DNA of 64,000 nucleotides from Deltaproteobacteria bacterium (GTDB lineage Bacteria > Lernaellota > Lernaellaia > JACKCT01), in assembly GCA_020845895.1 (NCBI GenBank), contig JADLEX010000141.1:3872-67871 (forward strand). Direction: 5' to 3'. The notes beneath the pieces were generated by a model, which had not been told where the DNA came from, searched no databases, and worked only from the letters and a program-made list of their open reading frames with translations. Shown piece by piece: positions 18,157 through 28,000 of this stretch. A program made the translations under genes and the position numbers. Position 1 is the first letter of the stretch. Each line of letters starts with the position of its first letter.

Positions 18157-20331
18157 TCACCACGTCTCGCCAAAGATCGTCGCCCCCTTGCGCACGTAGA
18201 GCGGAATCCGATCGAGTGGCGCGTCGGCCGCGACCGTCGTCGGCCCCGTGACCTCGTCACGTGACCAGTAGTCGACGAATTCGCCCGCCGGAATGTACAC
18301 GTCGCGCCCGCGCGCTCCCGACTCCCAAACCGGCGCGACGAGCAGATCCGGGCCGAGCATGTATTCGTCCCACATGCGCTTCACGGTTGGATCATCCGGG
18401 TGATCGAAGACGAGGGGACGCGCGATGGGCCGGCCGGTTTCGCCGGCGATCTCGGCCTGTGCGCGCAGGTAATCGACGAGGTCGTGATGGAGCGTCGTGT
18501 ACGTCCGGTAGATGTCGATGAGTTCCTCGTCGTACGCGGGATCCGTCGGCATATCCCACGGCGCGTGCGCGCCCTGTCCGCCGATCTCCATGAGCGGCGT
18601 GAACGCCGAGAACTGAAGCCACCGCGCGAAGACCTCGCGGTCGCGGAATTCCTGATAACCACCGGTGTCCGAGCCCCAGACCGGATAGCCCATAAACGCC
18701 GCATGCAGCATCGAGAGGATGGCGCTGCGTAGGCCGAGGTCGGTCCGGCGACCGTTGACGTTGCCGCGCGTGTCGCCGCCCCACAGGATCACGTATTGCT
18801 GGCTGCCCGCCCAGCCGGCGCGCGCTTTACTCACGAAGTCGTCGCCCCACGCCTCCTGCATGGCTTCGAAGTAGCATCGCTGATAGAGCACCGGATAGTG
18901 GTTGCGGACTTCCTCGCCGCCGCGCCCGTCGAAGTAGATTTCGCCCGGCAGGCTGGGCTGCGTCTCGTCGCCCCGGTCGAGCTTCCAGCCGTGAATCGAG
19001 TTGTCCGTCACCCAGGCGACGAGCTTGTCCTTCCACCATTCGCACGCGTCCGGATTCGTGAAGTCGATGTGGTCGGGACTGCCCGGCGCGAGATACCCCA
19101 GCGCCTGAGCCTCGGCCCCGTTCTGCCCGGGTTCGTCGCCGATCGCCCACGGCGCGCCCCAGATGATGAGGTGCATGTCCCGATCCTCGAACGACCGGAC
19201 CATGTCGGCCGCGTTCGGGAATCGATCGGGGTCCCACGAAAACTCGGCGAAGCCCTGCTCGCCGGGGGTGTAGGGGCGGTCGATCATGTAATTCCCGAAC
19301 GGGAATTCCAGCGCTTCGTACTGGTTGATGTCCTCGGCCACTTCGCCGTTGATCGTGCGTCCGTCGAGATCGCCCGTGACCCTTTCGTGCTCGTCGCGCC
19401 AGCGCCAGTGGCGAAACGCCCAGTCGGGAGGCACCAACGGCCGGCCTGTGAGCGCCGTGTAGGCGTCGAGGATGTCGTCGTGCGACGGACCGAAAAAAAT
19501 GCGAAACGTCTGCACGGGCGAGCGATCACCGCGCGCGCGGAAATGAAAACGCAGGCGGTCCGGCGCGGTCGCCCCGAAGTCGAACTCGCCGTAGAACGTC
19601 GTATCGACATAGAGACCGTAACCGGCGCTGCTGTGGAAAAACGGCGTATACACGCCGATGGTGCCCTGTACGATCATCGAATGCCACTGGCCGCGGCGAT
19701 CGAGCGAACCCAAATTCGTGGGATTGCGTTCGCTGGTCCAAGCGTCCCAGGAGATGCGCTCGACTGCGCCGTAGATCGCTTCGTCATCGGCCAGCGCGAG
19801 ATCCTGTCCCACCGACAAGTTGCCCGGCGCGGGGTCGATAAACGTCTCGACCCGCAACTCGCGTGCGGCGTCGAATGCGAAACGGATCTTCGCTTCCGTC
19901 CCTTCGGTGGTTCGGTAACGCATGCTCACCGCCCCCGCCTCGTGCGCGGAGCCGATGTACGAGTAAAGGCCATGGCGCGTTTCGCCGCGAAAGTAGAAGA
20001 ACGACTCGCCCGATCCGAATCCGAGCGTCTGCGTGACGAGTGCCTTGTCGGCGACGGATTCCAGTCGCCATCCAAACGGGCGCGGGTGGATCGTCATGCG
20101 CAGCGCGTCGCTCTCCAGAACGATGTTTTGGTAAAAGTCCGTGTCGTCATCCGCGTCGTCGTCGGTTGCGTCGTCATCGACGTCGTCATCGGCGTCGTCG
20201 TCACCGAGATCGCCGTTGTCTTCATCCGCGTTGTTGCCCGAATCGTTGTCGTCCGAGTCGCAGCCGCAAGCGGGCAAGAGGGCTACCGCGAGCAGCGTCG
20301 CGAACACCGCGATCGTAAAATGGCAGTTCAT
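18157..20331 (-). CDS. glycoside hydrolase family 31 (alpha-glucosidase/alpha-xylosidase-like) lipoprotein with poly-Asp linker
   Basis: 724 aa. Signal peptide plus lipobox (LLPACGC), followed by an approx. 45-aa D/N/G acidic linker. GH31-like catalytic region (IHGWKLDRGDE, VILWGGDTRGN, HLIIWGAPW). Confidence 0.75.
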   Translation of the reverse strand: MNCHFTIAVFATLLAVALLPACGCDSDDNDSGNNADEDNGDLGDDDADDDVDDDATDDDADDDTDFYQNIVLESDALRMTIHPRPFGWRLESVADKALVTQTLGFGSGESFFYFRGETRHGLYSYIGSAHEAGAVSMRYRTTEGTEAKIRFAFDAARELRVETFIDPAPGNLSVGQDLALADDEAIYGAVERISWDAWTSERNPTNLGSLDRRGQWHSMIVQGTIGVYTPFFHSSAGYGLYVDTTFYGEFDFGATAPDRLRFHFRARGDRSPVQTFRIFFGPSHDDILDAYTALTGRPLVPPDWAFRHWRWRDEHERVTGDLDGRTINGEVAEDINQYEALEFPFGNYMIDRPYTPGEQGFAEFSWDPDRFPNAADMVRSFEDRDMHLIIWGAPWAIGDEPGQNGAEAQALGYLAPGSPDHIDFTNPDACEWWKDKLVAWVTDNSIHGWKLDRGDETQPSLPGEIYFDGRGGEEVRNHYPVLYQRCYFEAMQEAWGDDFVSKARAGWAGSQQYVILWGGDTRGNVNGRRTDLGLRSAILSMLHAAFMGYPVWGSDTGGYQEFRDREVFARWLQFSAFTPLMEIGGQGAHAPWDMPTDPAYDEELIDIYRTYTTLHHDLVDYLRAQAEIAGETGRPIARPLVFDHPDDPTVKRMWDEYMLGPDLLVAPVWESGARGRDVYIPAGEFVDYWSRDEVTGPTTVAADAPLDRIPLYVRKGATIFGETW

Positions 20332-20450
20332 GACATCCTCCGGACCTCGGACCGATTCTATCGACGATCCGCGCCGTGTCTATCCGCTTTACCACGCGCG
20401 CGGCGACGCATATAAAGACTCGTGTTCGTGCCGCGAAGTGGGGAATCCAG

Positions 20451-21359
20451 ATGAAACGAATTGCTTGCGCCGTCGCCACGATGACGACGATCGTCGTTGC
20501 GATCGGCTGTTCCGCAAAATACGTCCGCACCGCCGCGCCCGGCGATTCGCTCGACGAGTGGCTCGACGCGCCGCGCCGCATCATGTGGGTGGCCGCGCAC
20601 CCCGACGACGAGGGGTTCGCGGGGCCGATCCTCGCCAAGGCGGGGCGCAAAAGCGGCGGGGCCGTGCATTTCGTCGTGCTGACCGACGCGGCGGGCGGCG
20701 AGTGCTGCATCCCCGGCGGGTGCGTACCCGATCTGGCCACGGTGCGTGCGACCGAAATCGCGGCGTCGGCCCGGCTCTACGGCGCGACGCTCAAACACGC
20801 CCCGTATTGGAACGCGCCGCTACCCGGCAGCTCGTTTCCTCCGCGCCACGAAATCGCCAAGCGATGGATGAGCCAGGGCGATCCCACGTTGCTGATCGCG
20901 AAGGAGATCCGCGAGTTCCGGCCCGACGCGATCCTGACGCTCTCCCCGGGGCGCGGCGGCACGGGCCACCCCGAGCATCAGCTTTCGGCGCGGTTCGCGC
21001 TGGCCGCCGCGCGACTGGCGGCGACCGACACCAAGGAACTGCCCGGCGCACCGCACCGCGTGGAGCGCGTGTACTGGGTGCTCTCGAAGTTGTGGCTGGC
21101 CGAGGCGCTGGGCTCAGCCGATCCCGAGGAGCCGACCGAGATTTTCGACATCCATCAACCGTGCTTTCAGGGTCGTTCGTGTGTGGATGTCGCCGCGCAG
21201 ATCACGCGAGTTCACCAATCGCAGGCGAACGACATGAAGGGCATGCGTTTGCTCTTCAAGCAGCTCGACGAACTGCCGCTGCGTCGAGTGAATCCCGAGG
21301 CGGAACTGCTCGATCCCATGGAACCCGTGGGGAAGGGCGGCATGAACACGAATCCATGA
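20451..21359 (+). CDS. PIG-L/LmbE-family N-acetylglucosaminyl deacetylase, lipoprotein
   Basis: Lipobox (IVVAIGCS). PIG-L metal-binding motif (VAAHPDDE) and a downstream HPEH. Divergent from the GH31 gene across a 120-nt spacer. Confidence 0.75.
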   Translation: MKRIACAVATMTTIVVAIGCSAKYVRTAAPGDSLDEWLDAPRRIMWVAAHPDDEGFAGPILAKAGRKSGGAVHFVVLTDAAGGECCIPGGCVPDLATVRATEIAASARLYGATLKHAPYWNAPLPGSSFPPRHEIAKRWMSQGDPTLLIAKEIREFRPDAILTLSPGRGGTGHPEHQLSARFALAAARLAATDTKELPGAPHRVERVYWVLSKLWLAEALGSADPEEPTEIFDIHQPCFQGRSCVDVAAQITRVHQSQANDMKGMRLLFKQLDELPLRRVNPEAELLDPMEPVGKGGMNTNP

Positions 21360-21454
21360 CCGCGCCGGCGCGAATCCCCGAGCCGGAATTTCGGGAAAAA
21401 CTTCGAAAAACGCTTGTATGTCATGGATTTCACGGGTAATATTTTGTTCGCCTC

Positions 21455-21781
21455 ATGGAGAACCGGATGGAGCCCAAGGAGTGGACACGCGAGAGAACCG
21501 TCCTGTGCGTGATGGTTCTCCTGTTTGTTCTGAGCCTGGTCTATCTGACGTTCTCCGACTCCGGCCTCATCCGGGTCTGGCGCCTCGGAAGCCAAGTCAC
21601 CGCGCTGAACGACGAAATCACACAGTTGCATTCCGAAAACAACGAACTCGCCCGCGAGATCGAGCAGCTCCGCGGCGATGACGCGCGGATCACGCGGGAG
21701 ATTCGCGAGCGGCTCGGCATGGTGGAACCTGGGGAGACGGTGTTCGTGTTCGACGCGCACATAAAACCGTCGCAGCGCTGA
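21455..21781 (+). CDS. FtsB/DivIC-like septum formation initiator family protein
   Basis: 108 aa. A single N-terminal TM segment followed by a coiled coil (LNDEITQLHSENNELAREIEQLRGD) and a conserved C-terminal beta region (VEPGETVFVF). Confidence 0.6.
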   Translation: MENRMEPKEWTRERTVLCVMVLLFVLSLVYLTFSDSGLIRVWRLGSQVTALNDEITQLHSENNELAREIEQLRGDDARITREIRERLGMVEPGETVFVFDAHIKPSQR

Positions 21782-21800
21782 CGCGGCCCGGTTCGCCGAG

Positions 21801-23933
21801 GTGAGACGAATCGCCGGTCATCACGGTTACCTGATCGCCTTTGTCGCCCTCGTCCTGATCGTCCTGCGACAATTCGATTCCTCGCGGTTTGCGGGCGATG
21901 AGCCTTGGTGGAACTGGCGCCTGTGGGCCCTCGTCGGATTTCTCGCGTATCTCCTCGTGCGATTGATTTGGGCCGCGCGTCCGCGATCGTCCGGCGCGCG
22001 CGGCGCAAACCGCCACGATTTCGACCTCGCCCTGCTGATCCTCGCGGCCACGAATCTCGTTATCCAGCTTCCCGGCGATGCGTATCGCCCGCTGTTCTAT
22101 CCGCTCAATTACCTGATCCTGTGCCTGTTCGTCATCGCGTGGGGCCCCGGGCTCTCGGTGGCATACGCCGTGTTGCTGGGCTCGCTGGAGTTCGTGCAGA
22201 TGATGGCGCAGCACCGCGGCGCGATGTTCATGCCGGGCAATCCCGTCTCGGCCGACATCATCGATATCTGGCTCACGATCGCGAGTCACCTCGCCATGTC
22301 GCTTACGTTCGTCGGAGTCGTCGGCGTCTTCCTGCTCGGCGAACGCCGCCAGCGCGAGCGTGCCATCGCGAAGCTCGACCGGCTGACAACGGACGTGGAC
22401 GACCTCGCGCCGCACGGAGACGACGAGCTGCCCGCCGTGCTCACGGACGAAGTCACCCGCGGCGGCGCGCAGTACACGCGCGAGTTCGACTCCGAGCTCG
22501 CCGACCTGATGGAGATCGGTCGCGTGGGGTTGCGGGCCGATGCGTGCGTGACGATTTTCCTGAACCGCGATGAGGCGTTCGCACGGGTGCGCGCCATGTC
22601 AGGCGATCCCGCGGAGATGGACATGGAGGCGCTCATCCCCTCGGACAGCGCGTTGCTCTCGCTCGTGTTGCGCAAGGCGGAACCGATCGTCGTCGGACGA
22701 TTCGATCCGCGCCGCGTGCCGCTCGAGTACCGACGCAAACGGGCGGGCGTGCGTTCGCTCATCGCCGTTCCGCTGATGTTCGATGGGCGGGCACTCGGCG
22801 TCGTGGTCGCCGACAGCGCCCGCGTGCAGGCGTTCGACGCCACGGACCTCGAGGTGCTCGGCCACGTCTCGTCGCGCGTGGTCGACGCGTTCCGCGCGGC
22901 GCGATCCATGGCCGGCATTTCGCGCGAGCGCAGCGAGTACGCGACGTTCTACGCGCTGGCGAAAAAGTTCACCGACACGCTCACCGTGGACGACGTGCTC
23001 GCGACGACGCTGGAGGCGGGACGCGCGATCCTGCCCTTCGACGGAGCGCTCGTGGCGATGCCCGTCGCATCGTCGTCGATGTGGAGCGTGACGGCGGTCG
23101 ATCAGCTCCCCTCGAAATGGATTGGGCTCGAATTCAGCGAATCGGACGCCCAGGCGATTCGAATGGCGCGAGATCGCAAGATCCTCGCGGTGCGCAACGC
23201 CACGCAGGTGTCATCGACGATCCTCTTCGCGGAATTGCGTTTGATGCGCTACCAGAGCGTGCTTGCATTGCCGCTCGAATATCGCGGTCGCGTCGAGGGC
23301 ACCGTATCGTTTTTCTGGGAACGGCCGAACGCGTTCAACGACTACACGGTGCGTCTGTTCGAGTCGTTGATGATCCTGACGGCGGTGGCGGTCAACGACG
23401 CCCGCCTCTACGAGCAGATGGAGCAGCTCGCCACCACCGACAGCCTGACCGAACTGACGAACCGTCGCGCATTCAACACCGCGCTCACGGGAGAGATCGC
23501 GCGCCATGAACGCACGCGCGCGGGACTGTCGCTCATCCTGCTCGACATCGACCACTTCAAGCGCGTCAACGACACGTACGGCCACCCGGCCGGCGACGAG
23601 GTGTTGCGCGCGGTGGCAGCGGCGATCCGGGGCGAGATTCGCAACGTGGACACGGCCGCGCGGTGGGGCGGAGAGGAATTCGCGATCGTTCTGCCGAGCA
23701 CGACGCCGCCGGGTGCGCGCAAGTTTGCCGAACGCCTGCGCAAAAAGATCGCGGGGCTCGATGTGCCGGTCGAGGGAGGGCGACGAATCCGCGTGACGAT
23801 CAGCCTCGGCATCGCGGGCATTCCGCAGGATGCCGAAAATCTCGGCGGGCTCGTCGAAGCCGCGGATGCGGCGCTGTATCACTCCAAGGAGTCCGGTCGC
23901 GACCGCGTCACGTGGGCGTCCGAAATCGGCTGA
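21801..23933 (+). CDS. membrane-bound GAF-domain diguanylate cyclase (GGDEF)
   Basis: 710 aa. Approx. 6 N-terminal TM segments, two GAF-like regions, and a C-terminal GGDEF domain with intact A-site (RWGGEEFAIVLP) and RxxD I-site-like context (LTNRRAFN...). Confidence 0.85.
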   Translation: MRRIAGHHGYLIAFVALVLIVLRQFDSSRFAGDEPWWNWRLWALVGFLAYLLVRLIWAARPRSSGARGANRHDFDLALLILAATNLVIQLPGDAYRPLFYPLNYLILCLFVIAWGPGLSVAYAVLLGSLEFVQMMAQHRGAMFMPGNPVSADIIDIWLTIASHLAMSLTFVGVVGVFLLGERRQRERAIAKLDRLTTDVDDLAPHGDDELPAVLTDEVTRGGAQYTREFDSELADLMEIGRVGLRADACVTIFLNRDEAFARVRAMSGDPAEMDMEALIPSDSALLSLVLRKAEPIVVGRFDPRRVPLEYRRKRAGVRSLIAVPLMFDGRALGVVVADSARVQAFDATDLEVLGHVSSRVVDAFRAARSMAGISRERSEYATFYALAKKFTDTLTVDDVLATTLEAGRAILPFDGALVAMPVASSSMWSVTAVDQLPSKWIGLEFSESDAQAIRMARDRKILAVRNATQVSSTILFAELRLMRYQSVLALPLEYRGRVEGTVSFFWERPNAFNDYTVRLFESLMILTAVAVNDARLYEQMEQLATTDSLTELTNRRAFNTALTGEIARHERTRAGLSLILLDIDHFKRVNDTYGHPAGDEVLRAVAAAIRGEIRNVDTAARWGGEEFAIVLPSTTPPGARKFAERLRKKIAGLDVPVEGGRRIRVTISLGIAGIPQDAENLGGLVEAADAALYHSKESGRDRVTWASEIG

Positions 23934-23934
23934 T

Positions 23935-25299
23935 TCACCAGATCTTGCCGGGGTTCATCAGTCCGTCGGGGTCGAGCGCCTGCTTGATCGCGCGGTGCGC
24001 GGCGAGGCTTTGGGGCGACAGCTCACGCGCGATGAACGGTCGCTTGGCGATTCCCACGCCGTGCTCGCCCGACATGGTTCCGCCCAGCCGCAGCGTGAGA
24101 TCGAACAGGTCCGATCGGAACGCGGCCACGCGTTCCTGGATGCAGGGCTCGGTCGGGTCGTAGAGAATGTTCACATGCAGGTTGCCGTCGCCCGCGTGGC
24201 CGTAGCTGACATGGCGCAGACCGCGCGGCGCGGCGAGCTCGCGCACGCCGGCGAGCACATCCACGAGCCGCGACAATGGCACCGTGATGTCCTCGGACAT
24301 CTTTTTCGGAGCGGCGTCGCGCAGCGCGTCGCTCAACGCGCGGCGCGCGTCCCAGAGCGCCCTCGATTCCGCCTCGTCGCGCGCCGTGGTCACCGTCGCG
24401 CCGCCCTCGCGCATGAGCGCGCCGATCTCCGCGATGTCCCGCATGACGTCGTTCGTGCGTCCGTCCACCTCGATGAGCAGATAGGGTCCGTCGAAGTCCG
24501 ACAGGTGCCCCGCCGTGCGAGCCGCACCGACGCACTCGGCGTCCACGAGTTCGATGGCGCTGGGAATCACCGAGCCCGCCAGGATCGCCTGCACGCCGCG
24601 CGCGCACGACGGCAGATCGGCGAATGACGCGATGAGCGTGCGGCGCGTCTCGGGTCGGCGCGCGAGACGAACGGTGATCTCGGTGATGATGCCGAGCGTG
24701 CCTTCTGAGCCAACGAACAGGTGCGTGAGGTCGTAGCCGACGACGCCCTTGCGCGTGCGGTGGCCGGTGCGCAGCACGCGCCCGTCGGCCAGCACGGCGG
24801 AAAGCGCCGGCACCCAGTCGCCCGTCACGCCGTACTTCACCGCGCGCAGCCCGCCCGCGTTGGTCGCCACGTTGCCGCCGATGGTGCATCGATCGGCGGA
24901 CGCCGGGTCGGGCGGATAGAAGAGGCCGGTGCGCTCCACCTCGGCCTGAAAGACTTCCGTCACGATTCCCGGTTCGACGCGGGCGATCATGTCGCCCGGA
25001 TGGATTTCGAGAACGCGGTTCATTCGCGTCAGATCGACGGCGACGCACCGCGACTCGGGCACCGCGCCGCCCACCGTCCCGGTCCCCGCGCCGCGCGGTA
25101 CAACGGGGACGTGATGCTCGCGGCACAGACGCACCAGTCGGACGACCTCGTCCTCACCCTGCGGGCACACGACGGCCAGGGGCGGCACGCCCTCGACCTT
25201 GTTGTCGCGCGCGTAGGGATCGAGCGCACCCGCGTCGCGGATCACGCGATCCGGCACGAAATGCGTTTCGAGTGCTTGAAGGAAGGAATCAGGCGGCAT
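23935..25299 (-). CDS. FAD-linked oxidase (GlcD/D-lactate dehydrogenase family)
   Basis: 454 aa. FAD-binding PCMH domain (VVPRGAGTG, GGNVATNAGG) and C-terminal FAD-oxidase domain (HAGDGNLHVNI, GGTMSGEHGVGIAKR). Confidence 0.85.
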   Translation of the reverse strand: MPPDSFLQALETHFVPDRVIRDAGALDPYARDNKVEGVPPLAVVCPQGEDEVVRLVRLCREHHVPVVPRGAGTGTVGGAVPESRCVAVDLTRMNRVLEIHPGDMIARVEPGIVTEVFQAEVERTGLFYPPDPASADRCTIGGNVATNAGGLRAVKYGVTGDWVPALSAVLADGRVLRTGHRTRKGVVGYDLTHLFVGSEGTLGIITEITVRLARRPETRRTLIASFADLPSCARGVQAILAGSVIPSAIELVDAECVGAARTAGHLSDFDGPYLLIEVDGRTNDVMRDIAEIGALMREGGATVTTARDEAESRALWDARRALSDALRDAAPKKMSEDITVPLSRLVDVLAGVRELAAPRGLRHVSYGHAGDGNLHVNILYDPTEPCIQERVAAFRSDLFDLTLRLGGTMSGEHGVGIAKRPFIARELSPQSLAAHRAIKQALDPDGLMNPGKIW

Positions 25300-26059
25300 C
25301 GAGAAATTCGGCGAGACGCGCGGCGAGTTCGGCCGTTCGCTCCACCATCAACATGTGGCCCGCGCCTTCGAACCGGTGGTGGATCGCGCCGGGCACCGCC
25401 AGGGCGAGCGCAAGGTTGCGTCGCTCGTCGGTGAGCAGGTCCGCCGATCCGAAATTTACGGCCAGGGGCGGCACGAGCGAAGCGATGCGATCCTTGATGT
25501 CGTAGTCGGCGCACGCGCGGAAGTCGCCGAGGGCGACCTGCGGATCGCACGCCATGAAGCCGGCCATCATTGCCTCCATCTCGGCAGGATCGGAGACGGA
25601 CGCGAAACCGATGTCGCGCAGGAATGACATCGCGAGCGAGAAGTCGGACTCGAAGGCCTCGATCATCTGCCGGTTGAAGGCGAGCCGGTAACCGCTGCCG
25701 ACAACGGCGACACGGCGCACGAGGTGCGGCGCATCGAGCGCGAGCGTGAGCACGATCGCGCCGCCCATGGAGTGACCGACAAGGTCGGAGGGGCGGCCGC
25801 ACACGTCTTCGAGAAATTTGCGGAAGTCCGAGGCGTAGTCCTCGACGAGGCTGCGCCCCGGCCCCGGCGCGTCGCCGTGCCCCGGCAGATCGACGAGGTG
25901 CAGCGGTCGGTCGGGCCAGCGCTTCGCGAGTTCGCGCGTGAGGCTGAGCCATGTCGTCTTGTTGCCGCCCGCACCGTGGACAAAGACGACCGGCGTACCG
26001 GTGCCGTGCTCGTTCCGCGTGCGGAATGCGATACGGCTGCGTTCGTGAATCGACGTCAT
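25289..26059 (-). CDS. alpha/beta hydrolase fold protein
   Basis: 256 aa. Nucleophile elbow GHSMGG and an oxyanion HGAGG region. Its start overlaps the upstream gene's stop (ATGA) and its end overlaps the glcD-like start. Confidence 0.8.
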   Translation of the reverse strand: MTSIHERSRIAFRTRNEHGTGTPVVFVHGAGGNKTTWLSLTRELAKRWPDRPLHLVDLPGHGDAPGPGRSLVEDYASDFRKFLEDVCGRPSDLVGHSMGGAIVLTLALDAPHLVRRVAVVGSGYRLAFNRQMIEAFESDFSLAMSFLRDIGFASVSDPAEMEAMMAGFMACDPQVALGDFRACADYDIKDRIASLVPPLAVNFGSADLLTDERRNLALALAVPGAIHHRFEGAGHMLMVERTAELAARLAEFLDAA

Positions 26060-27894
26060 GCGCGCGGCCCCGGAAAGATGTAAACGCGACGTCCGTAGCC
26101 GTCGATGGAATCGACGATGACCTCATCCTCGGCGACCAGGCCGCGATTCTCGAAACGCACCTCGACGCGCGTTCCGGCCTTCAGCCCCTTCACCCACATC
26201 CGTGCATGGGATACCGGGTCGGGCGAGGTGTTGACGACGATGAGCGCCGTCTGACCGTCGGCGCGGCGACGCAGCGTGGTGTGCAGTTCCGGCTTCCACA
26301 CGCGCGATTCGCCGCGCTCGCCCATGATGTCCACGATGCGCGCGGGCGGCACGAGAAAGCTTTCGATGCCGTTTTTCGGGTTCGTAATCTCGGTGGCGAA
26401 TTGGCTCATGCCTTTCCACGGACCGGGCATGTCGGTCGCGTCGAGATAGCGCCCCTCATTGTCCATGAAAAAGATAACACCCTGCGCGCCGTGGGCGAGC
26501 GACAGCCAACCCTGCACCGCCGTTTGCTCCGCCGAAAGCTGGCGACCCGACTGACGCACGTGCTCGCCGTCGTGCGCCTCCACCACCGCCCAGAGCGCCT
26601 TCGACTCGCCGAGCTGGCGGCGCATGTCGTCCACGCGGTCGGCGATCTCGGTCACGGATCGCGGCGGCGACGCGCCGAGCGGGTAGACGTCGAAGGCGGC
26701 CACGTCCATGGCGTCGCGGTAGATTTCGTACACGCGCGGTTTCCAGCCCTGAAAGAGCAGCAGCACGGGCGTGTCGGGGTCGTTCCTGCGGATCACCTCG
26801 GTCATCTGCAGGACGAATTCCGGGGGCGCGCCCCACGTGGGGTCGTCGTGATCGGCTTCGTCCTTGGGATACCAGACGAGGTTTGCGGGCGTGCCCTTGT
26901 GGAACTTCACGATCTCGCCCAGCGCGCGCAGCATGTTCTCCTCGCCGCCGTACTGCGACTCGATCCAGTACGAGCGCGAGTCGGTGAAAAACTGCGCGGA
27001 ACAGGTGACGCCCGCGTCGGCGCACGCGTCGTTCCAGTCGCCGAACCCGAAACGCACGCGGTCGGTGAAGCGCTCGTCGGCATACACCTCCCACTTGCGA
27101 CGCCAATTGAATTCCCACGATTGCAGGTTCACGTGATTCGCGCCCGCGCCCTTGAATTCCTTCCACGTCGTCTTGCGCGCGCCCTTGATCATGCCCCCCA
27201 CCGCGTAAATGGGTTTCGCGCCGGCGCGGTAGCTTTGCGTTCGACCGAGATCCGCGAACTTCGACGGCGTCGTCGTCGGCCAGAACCCCGCGACGGCGGC
27301 CTCGGGCGCGAACTCGGCGTCCGACACGCGCACCCGGTCCACCGCCAGATCGCCCATGAGGTCGCCGTAGTCCTGATTCGAAATGCGAAACTCGTAGTAT
27401 CCGCCGATCGTGGAAATGTCCGACGCGCGGGCCTTTCCCGTCCACGTCTTCCACTGGTGGTCGTTCGCTCCGCCGAGCTTGCCCAAGGGCACCCAGTCGG
27501 CCTTGCCGCGAGCCCAAATCGTCACCGGATCGAGCAGGTTGTCCTTGAAACGGATCGCGAGATGAATGGTATTCGCGCCATCGAGGGTCTTCGAGCGGAT
27601 GAATCCGAAGTGGCGATGCTTGAGCACGCGCGACGAGATCGCCACGTCCGCGTCCTTGCCGCGCGGCTTCGTGACCCACCAGAATTTGTCGGCCGTCTCG
27701 TATCGAATGAACGTCTTGGGGTCGTGATTGCCCCACCACCAGTAGTTCACCGGCTGAGGCGGAATCCAGACCGGATTTTCGGCCTTGAAGTCGTCCGGCG
27801 TGCCGAAATCGAACGTGTGCTCCGCGGCGTGCGCGGGCGTGCCGAGCGCGAATGCGGCGATGAGAAACGCGGCGATCGTCAGGGTTTTACGCAT
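26056..27894 (-). CDS. secreted hypothetical protein, possible glycoside-hydrolase-like TIM barrel
   Basis: Starts at MRKTLTIAAFLIAAFALGTPAHA (signal peptide). Large Trp/Tyr-rich mature domain. No confident family assignment. Confidence 0.55.
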   Translation of the reverse strand: MRKTLTIAAFLIAAFALGTPAHAAEHTFDFGTPDDFKAENPVWIPPQPVNYWWWGNHDPKTFIRYETADKFWWVTKPRGKDADVAISSRVLKHRHFGFIRSKTLDGANTIHLAIRFKDNLLDPVTIWARGKADWVPLGKLGGANDHQWKTWTGKARASDISTIGGYYEFRISNQDYGDLMGDLAVDRVRVSDAEFAPEAAVAGFWPTTTPSKFADLGRTQSYRAGAKPIYAVGGMIKGARKTTWKEFKGAGANHVNLQSWEFNWRRKWEVYADERFTDRVRFGFGDWNDACADAGVTCSAQFFTDSRSYWIESQYGGEENMLRALGEIVKFHKGTPANLVWYPKDEADHDDPTWGAPPEFVLQMTEVIRRNDPDTPVLLLFQGWKPRVYEIYRDAMDVAAFDVYPLGASPPRSVTEIADRVDDMRRQLGESKALWAVVEAHDGEHVRQSGRQLSAEQTAVQGWLSLAHGAQGVIFFMDNEGRYLDATDMPGPWKGMSQFATEITNPKNGIESFLVPPARIVDIMGERGESRVWKPELHTTLRRRADGQTALIVVNTSPDPVSHARMWVKGLKAGTRVEVRFENRGLVAEDEVIVDSIDGYGRRVYIFPGPRA

Positions 27895-28000
27895 GGCGGC
27901 ATGATACGCGTTTGCCCGCGAGGGGCAATGTGCATCGGCAAACCTTGCGCACCGGGGGAGCATCGCTTATACGGTTCGCGGGCGGACGAAAGGAGTCCTC

